A stretch of 64,000 bases of DNA. It comes from Octopus sinensis. Taxonomy: Eukaryota. The position numbers and the translations under genes are program-made. Every line of letters starts with the position of its first letter. The first letter of the stretch is position 1. The notes under the pieces are model-generated. The model was not told where the DNA came from, did not search any database, and worked only from the letters and a program-made list of their open reading frames with translations. Shown piece by piece: positions 12,212-25,155 of the stretch. Location: contig NC_043011.1 of NCBI RefSeq assembly GCF_006345805.1, positions 34,236,464 to 34,300,463 on the forward strand, given 5' to 3'.

Positions 12212-12336
12212 ATTACTGATTACTTCTTAATTAATTAATTTTACCCTTTGTTTTATATTATATAATATATATATATGTATATATATATATATTATATATA
12301 TATATTATATATCTATAATATATATAATATATATAT

Positions 12337-12367
<31 letters not shown>

Positions 12368-12406
12368 TATAACAAAGGGTAAATTAATTAATTAAGAAGT
12401 AATCAG

Positions 12407-12410
<4 letters not shown>
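12212..12410. repeat. ~40-bp inverted repeat enclosing a TA microsatellite
   Basis: ATTACTGATTACTTCTTAATTAATTAATTTTACCCTTTGTT at 12212 and its reverse complement at 12371-12410 (1-nt indel). Confidence 0.85.
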
Positions 12411-12479
<69 letters not shown>

Positions 12480-12521
12480 CATATATGTACATATATATAT
12501 ACATATTATATATATATATAT

Positions 12522-12560
<39 letters not shown>

Positions 12561-12757
12561 TATGTATACATATATATATATATATTATATGATATACATA
12601 TATATACATATATATATATGTATATACATATACATACCTATAATATGTATGTATATATATGTATATATATATGTATATACATATATATATACATACACAT
12701 ATATATATATACATATATATATATAATAATATATATATATATATGCATAAATATATA

Positions 12758-12809
<52 letters not shown>

Positions 12810-12824
12810 TATATAGTTAATCCA

Positions 12825-13022
12825 AACAAGAAAACACAAAAAAAACACAGCAACGTGAGGACGTGGAACAAATAATGTATTATTGGACGCTCAGGAAAGA
12901 AGGGAAGAAGGAGGGTTTAACGTTTCGAGTGGAGCTCTTCGTCGGAAACAAAGGAGAAGGAAAGATCCCGAGAAGGGAAGACAGAGGAAAAAAATTGCTG
13001 GCGGTGCTCACGAGGTCACATG
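12825..13022 (-). mobile_element. Penelope pseudo-LTR (inverted) upstream of the Penelope ORF remnant
   Basis: Homologous to 17064-17270, reverse-oriented relative to 15290-15445, and contains a hammerhead motif. Confidence 0.7.
12915..12949 (-). ncRNA. Type I hammerhead ribozyme motif, family 1
   Basis: GTTT-CCGACGA-A-GAGCTCCACTC-GAAA-CGTT/AAAC; 4-bp stem I. Confidence 0.65.
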
Positions 13023-13059
13023 TATATATATATATATATACCTAAACTTCTCTTACAAA

Positions 13060-13890
13060 CACACAGACTCACACTCATACCTAAACTTCTCTTCCTCCCA
13101 CCCCAAACACACCAAGCTTTCCATCCCCTTTTTCCAATTCCTCCGTCTACGCAGGCTCTGTAGTGACGGCCATGACTTTGAGACTCAGTCTTAACTCATG
13201 GCTCGCCACTTCATCCTACGTGGATACCCCCTCACCACTATCCACACCGCCCTTGCCAGATCACATTCTGTAGACCATGCATCTGCTCTCTTCCCCCGAA
13301 CCCACCCTGCAGTCTCCTGCCTCCCTTTCCCCTCATTTACCACCCCAACACACCATTCTTCGAGCTTTCCGGCATCTCCAGTCCGATCCGTCCACTTCAC
13401 ACCTCTTCCCTAACCGACCCCTTCCCTCCTTCAAACGAGCCCATAACCTACGAGACCTCTTGGTCCACATCTTCTTCCCCAACCCTACCTCCCAACCTGG
13501 CTCGTTCCCCTGCTCCCGCACTTGCCCTTACCTCTCCAACACCACCCTCCTCACCGGCACCCATCATCGACCCTATCACATCATCGACTCCTTCACCTGC
13601 ACCTCCAGAAATATCATCTATTGCACCTCCTGCTCTCTCTGCCATTCCCTGTACTTCGGACAAATGGGACGCTGCTTGGCTGACCGGTTCGCAGAACACC
13701 TCCGAGACATCCGCCTTGCCAATGACACTCCAGTCTCACGCCATTTCCGCTCCACCGGTCACTCCTTGCAACACCTGTCTGTGTTCGGATTCTCCTTGTA
13801 CAGAGGCCATCCGGATTCCCACTTGTGCCGTGAACAGGGATTAATCTTCTCTCTTTGCTCTTTTATGCCATTTGGTCTCAACTCTCCCTC
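13060..13890 (+). mobile_element. Penelope-like element: RT C-terminus and GIY-YIG endonuclease remnant
   Basis: IPFFQFLRLRRLCS, RAHNLRDLLVH, FTCTSRNIIYCTSCSLCHSLYFGQMGRCLADRFAEHLRDI, REQGLIFSL...PFGLN; frameshifted. Confidence 0.9.
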
Positions 13891-14300
13891 CTTTTCATCT
13901 AACTTCCTCCCCGACTCCTACTTTTCACCCCTACCCACTTTTCCTCTTCTTCCCTTCTTTCCCTTCTTCTCCCTTCTTCCTTCTTCTCCCTCTTCTTCTC
14001 TCTTCCCCTCTACTCTCTTTCCCTCTTTCCCTCTTCTCCCCTACTCTCTTCACCTTCTCTCTTTCTCTCTGCTCCCTCTCCCCCTCCCTCCCCTCCTCTC
14101 CTCTCTCTCCCCTTCCTTCTCCTTCCCCTCTCCCCTCCTCCTCCATTCCCCTCTCTTCTCTCTCTCCCCCATCTCCCATCCCCCTCTCTTCTCTCTCTCC
14201 CCCATCTCCCATCCCCCTCTCTTCTCTCCTTCTCTCCTCCTCTCTCTCCTCATATACCCACCTTCCCCTCCCCCATAAATCCACCTACCCCTACTCCACC
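13890..14300 (+). repeat. Polypyrimidine (CT-rich) tract
   Basis: Roughly 400 nt almost entirely C/T, with a short internal duplication. Confidence 0.9.
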
Positions 14301-14504
14301 TTCCCTATCCTTCCCACACCTCTCCCCCGCACACCTATGCCAGACACTTCTCCCACATACCTCACCTCTAACCCCACCCTCTACCTAGTCACAACCCCCA
14401 CTCTACCCCAACCTCCAGCCGAACCCACACCCCACCTGTGCTTTCCCCACTCTCGCCTCCGCCACCTCCCCACAACATCACACCACACTACACCATACAA
14501 CACT

Positions 14505-15085
14505 ACACATCACATCACAACACACCACCCACTCACCCATCCCCACATCTTTACACCTACGCATACATACACATATCATATCACAACACACCACCCACAC
14601 ACCCATCCCCACATCTTTACACCTACGCATACATACACATATCATATCACAACACACCACCCACACACCCATCCCCACATCTTTACACCTACGCATACAT
14701 ACACATATCATATCACAACACACCACCCACTCACCCATCCCCACATCTTTACACCTACGCATACATACACATATCATATCACAACACACCACCCACACAC
14801 CCATCCCCACATCTTTACACCTACGCATACATACACATATCATATCACAACACACCACCTACACACCCATCCCCACATCTTTACACCTACACATACATAC
14901 ATATATCATATCACAACACACCACCCACTCACCCATCCCCACATCTTTACACCTACGCATACATACACATATCATATCACAACACACCACCCACACACCC
15001 ATCCCCACATCTTTACACCTACACATACATACATATATCATATCACAACACACCACCTACACACCCATCCCCACATCTCCACACC
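14505..15085 (+). repeat. 66-bp minisatellite, about 9 copies
   Basis: Unit CATATCACAACACACCACCCACACACCCATCCCCACATCTTTACACCTACGCATACATACACATAT; seen as a 22-aa periodicity in the ORF track. Confidence 0.95.
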
Positions 15086-15322
15086 CACACATACATACAC
15101 ACACACGTCTCCAGACCACCAGCCCTCTTTCACACGCACATACATACTCTCTTATACACACACGCACCTTTGTGTTGGGGGCACCTTCGTATTGGAAGTC
15201 ACTTGACCCTGTTATCTCCCCTACTGTCCCTCTCGCGTCTGACCATTGCCCGAAGTCAGGACGCCATGATAGATCGTTAGCTCCTACACGCATTTTTTTC
15301 TCACCTTGTTTTTTTCTGTGTA

Positions 15323-15360
15323 TCTTTCTGTCGAAGAGCGTAGGCTCGAAACGTAAAAGA
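15323..15360 (+). ncRNA. Type I hammerhead ribozyme motif in Penelope 3' pseudo-LTR
   Basis: TCTTT-CTGTCGA-A-GAGC-GTAG-GCTC-GAAA-CGTA/AAAGA. Stem I is 5 bp and stem II 4 bp; core A6 is replaced by T. Confidence 0.6.
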
Positions 15361-15458
15361 CTTTTTCTATTCCTGAGCACTATACTAATACATTGTTTGT
15401 ACTCCACCTGCCTTCGTCTTTTGTTTATTTTCGTAAACTTTCCCTTTATATATATATG

Positions 15459-15518
<60 letters not shown>

Positions 15519-16019
15519 ATATATATATATGTATATACATGTATATATATATATACATATACATCATCATCATCATTCAAACGGATGTTAAATGATGACG
15601 ATGATGATGATGTATATGTATATATATAACAGTGGCGACTCCTGCACTCAGGCTGCTCGGGCTTAGCCTGAGTATAAATTTAGGAAAGTGAACATGTATT
15701 TGCAAGCTGATTTAATTTCTGCCAACACTGACTTCAAGTATGTAATTGCAGTCAATAACTCGGGCTCCTTTTATTGAACCTGGTCGCAGTTCATTTATTT
15801 TCATTCAGCATCTGGTAGTCACCTTAGAGACACCCTGTGTCAAAAAACATCATTCGTAGCCGACATTCTTTTGACATCATTCACAAACACCTGACTCATT
15901 CTCAGAAGTTAGCGCCCCAGTTGTTATCTATAATTGTAAAAATTAAAAGTAATTCAGCGTTTTCTTGAAGCAATAAATTTCTATAGAGATTAGGATTTAA
16001 ATTCCAATCGATGAAAACT

Positions 16020-16265
16020 TTCTGTTCTATGATATTTAATTCTTTACTACCCACAAGGGACTAAACACAGAGGGGACAAACAAGAACAGACAAACTGATT
16101 AAGTTGATTACATCGACCCCAGTGCGTAACTGTACTTAATTTATCGACCCCGAAAGGATGAAAGGCAAAGTCGACCTCGGCAGAATTTGAACTCAGAACG
16201 CAGTGGCGGACGAAATACCACAAAGCATTTCGCCCGGCGCGCTAACGTTTCTGCCAGCTCACCAC
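16020..16265 (-). mobile_element. tRNA-SINE family 2 (Deu/Nin-domain-like central core)
   Basis: Minus strand CTGAGTTCAAATTCTGCCGAGGTCGACTTTGCCTTTCATCCTTTCGGGGTCGATAAATTAAGTAC. Many copies: 41680-43580 cluster, 57890-58200, 59030-59260, 61700-61900. Confidence 0.75.
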
Positions 16266-17013
16266 CTTCCGTTCTATGATATTCTTAAAGGAACCAAAAA
16301 TTCTCCAGCAACTTGGCCTAATACGAACAAGCCTGCTAGGTGTAAAAGACTAACTGGCATCTCTTGTCAAGAGTACAGGTGGCAGTCAGATAGCTGCCGT
16401 TTGTTGTACACTCCGCTGTCGTTATTTGATTGCTGTTATTATGTGCATCTGTGTATAAGGATCAGTTGTGTGTTTTGCAGGGTTGTTTTATGTTTACCCT
16501 TAACTTAGAAATAGAGAAAGACAAAGTGCTAGATACAAAAAAAAAAGCCATTTGGGGCTAGAAATATTGTGAGAAAATATGAAATTCTTCAAGCAGGCCA
16601 TGTGTCTTATGCAAAATCAGTGATGAGCCTGAGTGATGCTGATGGCCTGGAGTTGCCTCTGATACACTCACACACACATGCATGCGCACACATACACACA
16701 TGCATGCGCGCACACACACACACACACATGCACACACACACACATGCACACACACACACACACATGCACACACGCACGCACACACACATACTCTTTTACT
16801 CTTTTACTCTTTTACTTGTTTCAGTCATTTGACTGCGGCCATGCTGGAGCACCGCCTTTAGTCGAGCAAATCAACCCCGGGACTTATTCTTTGTAAGCCC
16901 AGTACTTATTCTATCGGTCTCTTTTACCGAACCGCTAAGTGACAGGGACGTAAACACACCAGCATCGGTTGTCAAGCAATGCTAGGGGGGCAAACACAGA
17001 CACACAAACACAT

Positions 17014-17063
<50 letters not shown>

Positions 17064-17067
<4 letters not shown>

Positions 17068-17645
17068 GTTAATCCAAACGGGAAAACAGAAAAAACAACA
17101 ATACATGGAACAATTACAGTATTATATTATTATTAGGCGCTCAAGAAATGGAAGAAGGAGGGTATGACGTTTCGAGCGGAGCTCTTCGTCGGACACATAA
17201 GAGAAAGAAAGAAAGATCCCGAGACGGGAGGACAGGAAAAAAAATTGCAGGTCGTCTTCACGAGGTCACATACTGAAAAGACGGAAGTAGTAAAAAGGAG
17301 GAAAATGTTTTTTAAAAACAGGAGAGCTGAATCAATGAGGGAATGGTAAAAAGGTGTTGCGAGATGACCGTGTTGTGTGTGAGTGTGCGTGTGTGTGTAT
17401 TGTGTGTATGGTGGACAATGGCTAGTAGCAAGCAGTAGTAGAATTAAAGGAGTGGTGTGGGGACCCTAGCAGGTCAGAAAGGCAGATCAAAGCAGGGAGG
17501 TATGTTTGTGCGTGTGTTGTATGTGTGAGTGTGTGCGTGTATGTATGTGTGTGTATGGTAGACAATGGCTAGTAGCGGGCAGTAGTAGAATTAAAGGAGT
17601 GGTGTGGGGGTACCCTAGCAAGTCGGAAAGGCAGATCAGAAGCAG
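17064..17645 (-). mobile_element. Penelope 3' terminus inserted into the TA tract of a family 1 SINE
   Basis: Homologous to 12825-13022; splits the SINE into 16790-17030 and 17655-17815; has an internal duplication of ~110-130 bp. Confidence 0.7.
17162..17196 (-). ncRNA. Type I hammerhead ribozyme motif, family 1 (most intact copy)
   Basis: GTGT-CCGACGA-A-GAGC-TCC-GCTC-GAAA-CGTC/ATAC; GUC cleavage triplet and perfect 4-bp stem II. Confidence 0.7.
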
Positions 17646-18939
17646 ATACATATATACGACAGGCTTCTTTCAGTTTCTGTCTACCAAATCCACTCACAAG
17701 GCATTGGTCGGCCCGGGGCTATAGCAGAAGACACTTGCCCAAGATGCCACGCAGTGGGACTGAACCCAGAACCATGTGGTTGGTTAGCAAGCTACTTACC
17801 ACACAGCCACTCCTGCGCACACATTGCATTTCATATTCAAGGCTTTAATGAAGCTACAGGATGTTGTTCAGGCAATCACCTATAAGCCCACTGTAACTCA
17901 TCGCAGAAACAGCTGTAAGCTAATAAAGTTCATAGCATAACCATTGTTTTTCCTGTGTCATCTTTTTTTTTATTCCCGCTCTATACTCATGTAACACTTT
18001 ATTCTGAACCTTACCAATTCCATACCATTCCATACCATACATCCATCTATCTATATATTCTTTTATTCTTTTACTTCTTTCAGTCATTTGACTGCAGCCA
18101 TGCTGGAGCACCGCCTTTTCAGTCAAGCCATCCAACTCATACCAGCATGGAAAACAGATGTTAAATGATGATGATGATGATATATATATGGGGCAAGCGA
18201 AATCGAAATCGAAATCGAATTGAACCAGCCAGGATCCCTGGTCTGGTGGTACGTAAAAAGCACTATCTGACTCGTGGCCGATGCCAGCGCCGCCTCGACT
18301 GGCTTCCGTGCCGGTGGCACATAAAATACACCAATCCGACCGTGGCCGTTGCCAGCCTCGCCTGGCACCTGTGCAGGTGGCACGTAAAAAGCACCCACTA
18401 CACTCACGGAGTGGTTGGCGTTAGGAAGGGCATCCAGCTGTAGAAACATTGCCAGATAAGACTGGAGCCTGGTGCAGCCTTCTGGCTTCCCAGATCCCCG
18501 GTCGAACCGTCCAACCCATGCTAGCATGGAGAACGGACGTTAAACGATGATGATGATGATGATGATATATATATGGAATGTATGTATGTATAATGAAGTT
18601 AAACCAATTGATATTTTGAAAGCGTTTAGTACATATGTTTCAGATCTTACATAATATATATGAAATACCTCGCTTTATGTAAGACCTTCTTCAGTTAATT
18701 AACTGAATTATACAGATTATCTAACGAGGATCCTGGTACCATGCATTGCTTCTAAACAAAACACAAGATACATACATCATCATCATCCCCATCATTGTTT
18801 AAGGTTCACTTTCCATGCTGGCATGGGTTGGACGGTTTGACTGAGGCTGCACCAGGCTCAATCTGGTCTGGCAAAGTTTTTACAGCTGGATGCCCTTCCT
18901 AATGCCAACTACTCTGAGAGTGTAGTGGGTTTAACTGGT

Positions 18940-20030
18940 TGATGGCCACTTTAACCTCAGTATAGTTTGGTAATCGATCCATTTTGACATTTACAACACA
19001 TTAGGGGATGCCATCGAGAACATCATGACCAACTGATGATAGATTACCAAATAAATCAGTAAAATCTTCTTGCCAGCATCTAAGGATTTTCTCTGACTCC
19101 TTGATGACAGCAGTATTGTCTGCATTCCATCAAAGTCATTATCATTCAAATGTTTATTCAAAGCCTCAAGTATCTCTTGCTGTTTTAACTTTCCAACATC
19201 AATACGCTTCAAAGTTTTGATCCCACACATACGAGATTTTTTCCAAATACATAACTTAAATTTCTCCCAAACTACCTTATGGCCTGTGTTGCATTCTGCA
19301 CTATGTATGACATGCACATTGCAGATATCGTTCAGATTGCATCTCCAGATTACTATGAAATCTGTCATGTTGCCATCTTTTGACCTTGGGTGTATCCAGG
19401 TAACTTTATGCTTCTTCTTTTGGCAGAAAATGAGTTTCAAATTGCTAGGTTGAGCTCTGAACAAAGCTCAAGCAGCTTCAGACTATTGGCATTGATCTTA
19501 CCAATGCCGTGATGGCCTAGTGCATCCCATGTCTCATGGTCTCTGCCAACTCGGGCATTGAAATCACCAAGAACGATAACTTTTTCTTCAAATGGAGTAG
19601 ATACAATTGTGACACGAAGGGATTCATAAAATGTCATAAAATGTCTCATTGACCTTGAGAGTTGGAGCATAAACTGACAGAATTGCTGCATGTTGCCCAC
19701 ATGCAAGTGGAATGTGCAACTTCATTATACAGTCACTGATTCTAGAGGGCCACTCTAAATGCTGTGTTAGAGTTTCACATACTGCAAAACCAACACCACC
19801 ATCTCACCATTCTCCTTTTGATTTCCCTGTCCAGAAAAGTATGAAACCTGATGATACTTCAGTCAGCTGATCACACCGTGATAGGCATGTTTCTGGCAAG
19901 GCTGCAATATCTCTATCTAATTTTTGAAGTTCTTTTGTTACCAGTGCAGTTCTTCTTTTTTGGTTGGTTTGATGATCTTTAGTCCAGAAGAGTTTTGACA
20001 TTCCAGCGGCAAATATTTATTTTAATCCAT
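18940..20030 (-). mobile_element. RTE (BovB-like) AP-endonuclease remnant
   Basis: RRTALVTKELQKLDRDIAALPET, KVIVLGDFNARVGRD, HKVTWIHPRSK...DFIV; frameshifts and stops. Confidence 0.85.
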
Positions 20031-21751
20031 TTTTTTATAAATGTTTTGCTTTGTGATTCATTTTTTCTTTCCTGCTTGAATGAATTGCCAATAGCTGCAG
20101 TAAACTACCCAACGTTGGTGTGACAGGCAATTAATTTTTAGTGCTCTCCTTAACAGGGCTGCTCAGACACAGGTGCGTCGATCAGTGTTAGCCCCTGTCA
20201 TAGGAAGACATAACAGCGATGTTATGATAAGACCCTTGCTGCCTATGTGTAGTTTTGCAGCTATTTGCTTCCAACCATTCAGGTTTGCACACGTTGCCAC
20301 TTCTCCATCACCATAGGACTTTCATCTGAAAAAATGACAGATGAGAAGAACAAAGAAGAAACATCTGTACATCACTGGATTATAGTGGCAAACACTTGTA
20401 CTACATGAGCAACACTCTCAAAGTTTCAGTGATTATTGTCTGGTGACAAGCCTAAGCCAGATGACCAGTAATTACATCAACTGCAGGTTTTATTTCAAGT
20501 TTCTCTCTTTTAGAAGGATTCTATAACAACAGCTTGGGGTCCTTCACTCCCAGTGAATATTCATAATACACACAAATATATAGATATAAAATAAACACAT
20601 AGATAAAAAATGTAAAAGGTATGTAATCTAAAAATATAAATAAAATAATTTTAAATACAAATAACACACACACATGTAAAAACTAACACTTCCTTTTTTC
20701 GAGCTTAGATTCAAAACCAAATCTAAGGATTCTTACTCATCCGGTCCACCACTGACCAAACAGGTGCGAAAGAAATTTCTTTGACCTGTCAAAAGATGAT
20801 AGATTGTTTCCCTTCAACCTTCGACATCACCCGTGTTATCTAAGGTTCAAATGGACAGGAGGTGACCTACTGAAGTAGGAATTTCTCCTGTGGTATGTCT
20901 GTCCTTCTAGCCGTCATGACCATTATAAAATACAGCAATCCATCAAGGGACAGACCGTCGGATTCAGAGACAATCGGTCAGTAAGAGAAGCAGTCAGAGA
21001 CAGATGGAGAGCACCAGTGAAACTGGCAACAGAGAAGCAGATATTCAACATGAACAATCGTCAGTATCGCAGGACCTAAACAGACACCACTGAATGACCA
21101 ACGCACACAGAGACACAAAACATGTTCGGTTCTATCCTATCATATCCACAGCATGTACCCTGATAATTTCTTCACCAGCTTGAAGCAGTTGGTAATGATG
21201 TGATGTAGTGAAATATCTGTGTATGCAACAAGTAAATGCAAGTGTTTATATAAATTATTTAAACAACAAACCAATGTTTTTCCATTGTTTTACTTTGAAG
21301 TCGTCCACATGACTATTTCATCAGCTATCTCATATATATATATAGAAGCCTTTTAATGTACTTATATATGAATAACATATAGCCTATGGCTAAAATGTCT
21401 TTTGTGCTAGATCACCGGCGATAATAATTTATTTTATCGCATTTTGACTATGTTTACGTATTTCTCGATAAATTTTGACCGTTAGATCATATATATATAT
21501 ATATATTTGCTTGCGAAGACCTATTGAGGCAGGTGTAAACAAATCAAAATCACTGACGTGGCCAATGTCAGTGGCACGTAAAGGTACCCCCTACACTTTG
21601 GGGTGGTTGGCATTAGGAAATGCATCCAGCTGTAGAAAGTTTGTCAGATAAAATTGAGCCTGGTGCAGCCTCTGGCTTACCAGTCCTCAGTCAAACTGTC
21701 CAACTCATGCCAGCATGGAAAGTAGATGTTAAAAGATGGTGATGATGATGA

Positions 21752-21789
<38 letters not shown>

Positions 21790-21814
<25 letters not shown>

Positions 21815-23335
21815 AGTGACCTTGCTCTAATTGCAAAGTTACTTTCAGAACTAGAGGAGAAGTTTCAGGTATGGAAACAAGGATTAGAATAGAAGGGCCT
21901 TAGAGTCAACCTAGCTAAAACCAAAGTCTTAATAAGTAGGAAGGCAGCAAATCACAAATCCCTTCATGTAGATGACCCTGCTCGATCTGTAGAAAAGACA
22001 TAGGTAGAAACTTTATAAGATGTACCCAGTGTATGCTATGGACACATAAGAGGTGCAGCAATATCAAAGGAAGGCTAACTGGGAAGAAAGATTTTGTATG
22101 TGGCAGATGCTCAGGAGTAATAAACACTGAAAATGTGCTGAGAACAACCTCTGCCACATTCCAGGAAGAAAAACTAGAAGTAGTTGATAGCTTCTGTTTC
22201 CTAGGTGACCAAGTCAGTAGTGAACGAGGGTGCCCTGAAAGTGTAGCTGCTAGAATAAGAATAGCCTGGGCAAAGTTCAGAGAGCTCTTACCTCTGCTGG
22301 CAACAAAAGGCTTCTCGCTCAGAGTAAAAGGCAGACTATATGATGCATGTGTACAAACAGCCATGCTATATGGCAGTGAAACATGAGCTGTGACTGCTGA
22401 GGTCATACGTAAGCTCACAATGAACGAAGCCAGTATGCTCCGATGGATGTGTAATGTCAGTGTGCATACTCGACAGAGTGTAAGTACCTTGAGAGAAAAG
22501 TTGGACCTAAGAAGCATCAGATGTGGTGTGCAAGAGAGACAACTTCACTGGTATGGTTATGTGGCGAGAATGGATGAAGATAGCTGTGTGAAAATGTGCC
22601 ACACCCTAGCGGTTGAGGGAACCTGTTGAAGAGGTAGATCCAGGAAGATCTGAGATGAAGTGGTAAATACGACCTTTGAACATTAGACCTCACCGAGCCA
22701 ATGACTAGCGACCAAGACTTTTGGAAATATGCTGTGCTTGAGAAGACCCGCAAGCCAAATGAGACCATAACCTCTTGGCCTATGCCAGGGGTGTAACCAG
22801 CCCACTTATGCATACCTTTCCTTCATTGGATACTAAAATCTGCTTGCAAAGACCTGTTGAGGTAAGTGAAATCGAAATCAAATTCGATAACTGGCATCCG
22901 TGCTAGTGGAGCGCTAAGAACACCATCTGAACGTGATCATTGCTACAGCATCTAACTGGCTTCCATGCCTGTGGCATGTAAAAAGCACCATTCGAGCATG
23001 ATCATTACCAGTGTTGCCTTCTGGCACATGAAAAAGCATCCGAGCGAGGTCGTTGCCAGTGCTGCTGGACTGGCCCCTGTGCAGGTGGTGCATAAAAAAC
23101 ACCATTTGAGCATGGCCGTTGCCAGTACCGCCTGAATGGCCCTTGTGTCGGTGGCACATAAAAGCACCCACTACACTTTCATAGTGGTCGGCATTAGGAA
23201 GGGCATCCCGCTGTAGAAACTCTGCCAGATCAAAATTGGAGCTTGGTGCAGCCATCTAGTTCGCCAGTCCTCAGTCAAATTGTCCAACCCATGCTAGCAT
23301 GGAAAGTGGACGTTAAATGATGATGATGATGATGA
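21790..23335 (+). mobile_element. RTE LINE: RT C-terminal part, long tandem-repeat 3' UTR and (GAT)n tail
   Basis: DDLALIA, VNLAKTKV, the cysteine-rich WTHKRCS...FVCGRC insert, and LYDACVQTAMLYGSET. The 3' UTR has ~55-60 bp GTGGCACGTAAAAAGCACC repeats and GGAAGGGCATCC. Confidence 0.9.
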
Positions 23336-23907
23336 TATATATATATACATACATATACACATATAAGAATATATGAAAAAACGATATATATATACATATA
23401 GGAATATATGAAAAAAACGATATATACATATTTACACATATAAGAATATATGAAAAAAACGGTATATACATATTTACACATTTGTTGGATGGCCATTAAC
23501 TACTCATGAGTTCCTCCGTCTTTGGACAGGTTCTATTTTTCATCCCGCAGGGTGTCCAACATTCACCTTCCTCACCAAGCAAGCCTGGTGGATTTGCCAG
23601 TTTAGTCACCAGTGAACCAGCCATGCAGCATGTTTTACTGGATTATATGTTATCTGTAGCACTCAAGAGTGACCTGACATGCACATGTAAATATGCTCAT
23701 ACATAGATATATACATATGTATGTACATACACAGATATATACATATATATATATAAATAAAATTGTAGGCTTTATTAATCACTAAAGCTAACTCTGATAT
23801 GATTTTAAAACATTATCTTGTGACTTGGTTTCCTGAATAGATACAGATATGATAACCTGAAAACTTGGTTTAATGAGAATTAAACATAAGGTGACTGATA
23901 CCAATTG

Positions 23908-23969
23908 TATATATATATGTCTGAAGCATGTTTCTTTCAGAAGATCTCATTTAAGCTGCCGATCTCCAG
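23908..23969 (+). promoter_or_regulatory. Candidate TATA region and short non-coding first exon of gene A
   Basis: TATATATATAT at 23908-23918, Inr-like TTTCAGA about 30 nt downstream, and CAG|GTAAGA donor at 23970. Coding exon 1 starts with an acceptor, so an upstream UTR exon is required. Confidence 0.5.
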
Positions 23970-24159
23970 GTAAGAATTGTCTTCTTTCTATCAATTCTTT
24001 CAATATCTTTTCAGGCATGGGTTTAGGTGCTGATATGGTTATGTGGTTAAGAAGTTGACATTGCAGTTTCAGGTTCAGTCCTGCTGCATGGCACCCTCCA
24101 GCTTTGTCTTCTGCTATTGCACCAAGCTGACACATATATATATACTACATACATACATA

Positions 24160-24169
<10 letters not shown>

Positions 24170-24190
<21 letters not shown>

Positions 24191-24790
24191 GTTTAACGTC
24201 CGTTCTCCATGCTAGCATGGGTTGGACGGTTCGACCGGGGATCTGGGAAGCCAGAAGGCTGCACCAGGCTCCAGTCTGATCTGGCAGTGTTTCTACAGCT
24301 GGATGCCCTTCCTAATGTCAACCACTCCGTGAGTGTAGTGGGTGCTTTTATGTGCCAGGCGAGGCTGGCAATGGCCATGATTGGATTGGTGCTTTTTACA
24401 TGCCACCGGCACGGAAGCCAGTCAAGGCGGAGCTGGCATCGGCCACGTTCGGATGGTGCTTTTTACGTGCTACCAGCACAGAAGCCAGTCCAGGCGGCGC
24501 TGGCATCGGCCACATTTGGATGGTGCTTTTTACGTGACACCAGCACAGGGATCACAACTGCAGTTTCCATTGATTTTTGATGTTGGTGTACTTGACTCAA
24601 TGGATCTCCTCAAGCACAGGGTCGAAACTGTGTTTCTTTACTTGCCACCTGCACACGAGTCAGTCCAGCGGCCCAGGCAACTGCCGGGTGCCAGTCATAG
24701 GATTGGTTCAATTTCGATTCCAATTTCACTTGCCCCAACAGGTCTTCGCAAGCAGAGTTTAGTGTCCAATGAAGGGAGGTTGAGCAGGCT
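24170..24790 (-). mobile_element. 5'-truncated RTE 3' UTR copy in the gene A 5' intron
   Basis: Reverse complement of 22860-23335; further copies at 18180-18560, 31405-31670, 37790-38000, 40790-40945 and 41030-41355. Confidence 0.85.
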
Positions 24791-25064
24791 GTTCTATTGT
24801 TTGAATCAACTGAAACTCTCATTGTCTTAACCAATGGAGAGCCAGGCAATGAATTGAGTTCTCTCTTCCAAATTTGCTTGACAAATATCAATGTTTGAAT
24901 ATACTTTGTGTGTGTGTGTATGTGTGAGCTGTAACCTCCTGGACCAATGGGTCTTAATACATTCCTCCCAAACATACTTCGTTGTAATTTTATAAAATCC
25001 TTACCTTTGTAATCCTGTCTCATAGATTCCATGTGTTTTCTTATTTTACCAGAAACTGAATAAC

Positions 25065-25155
25065 ATGAAAGCCGTACTTTTCTTCTTGGCCCTTGTGCCT
25101 ATGGTACTGTGTGCCAGTTTGTATTCTGATGATGAAATAGAAAAGAGACTCTCAA
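25065..25155 (+). CDS. Gene A coding exon 1 (signal peptide, acidic propeptide, KR)
   Basis: Acceptor TTATTTTACCAG ends at 25052; ATG at 25065; MKAVLFFLALVPMVLCASLYSDDEIEKRLS; GTAAGT at 25156. Confidence 0.9.

Noticed and set aside
12410-12825. Ile/Tyr-rich ORFs here and at 47459-48105, 33282-33555 and similar TA/CA tracts
   Set aside because: They are dinucleotide microsatellite translations.
13872-15280. 444-aa and 280-aa ORFs rich in Pro, His, Thr and Ser
   Set aside because: They are translations of a CT tract and a 66-bp minisatellite, open in several frames because the strand lacks stop codons.
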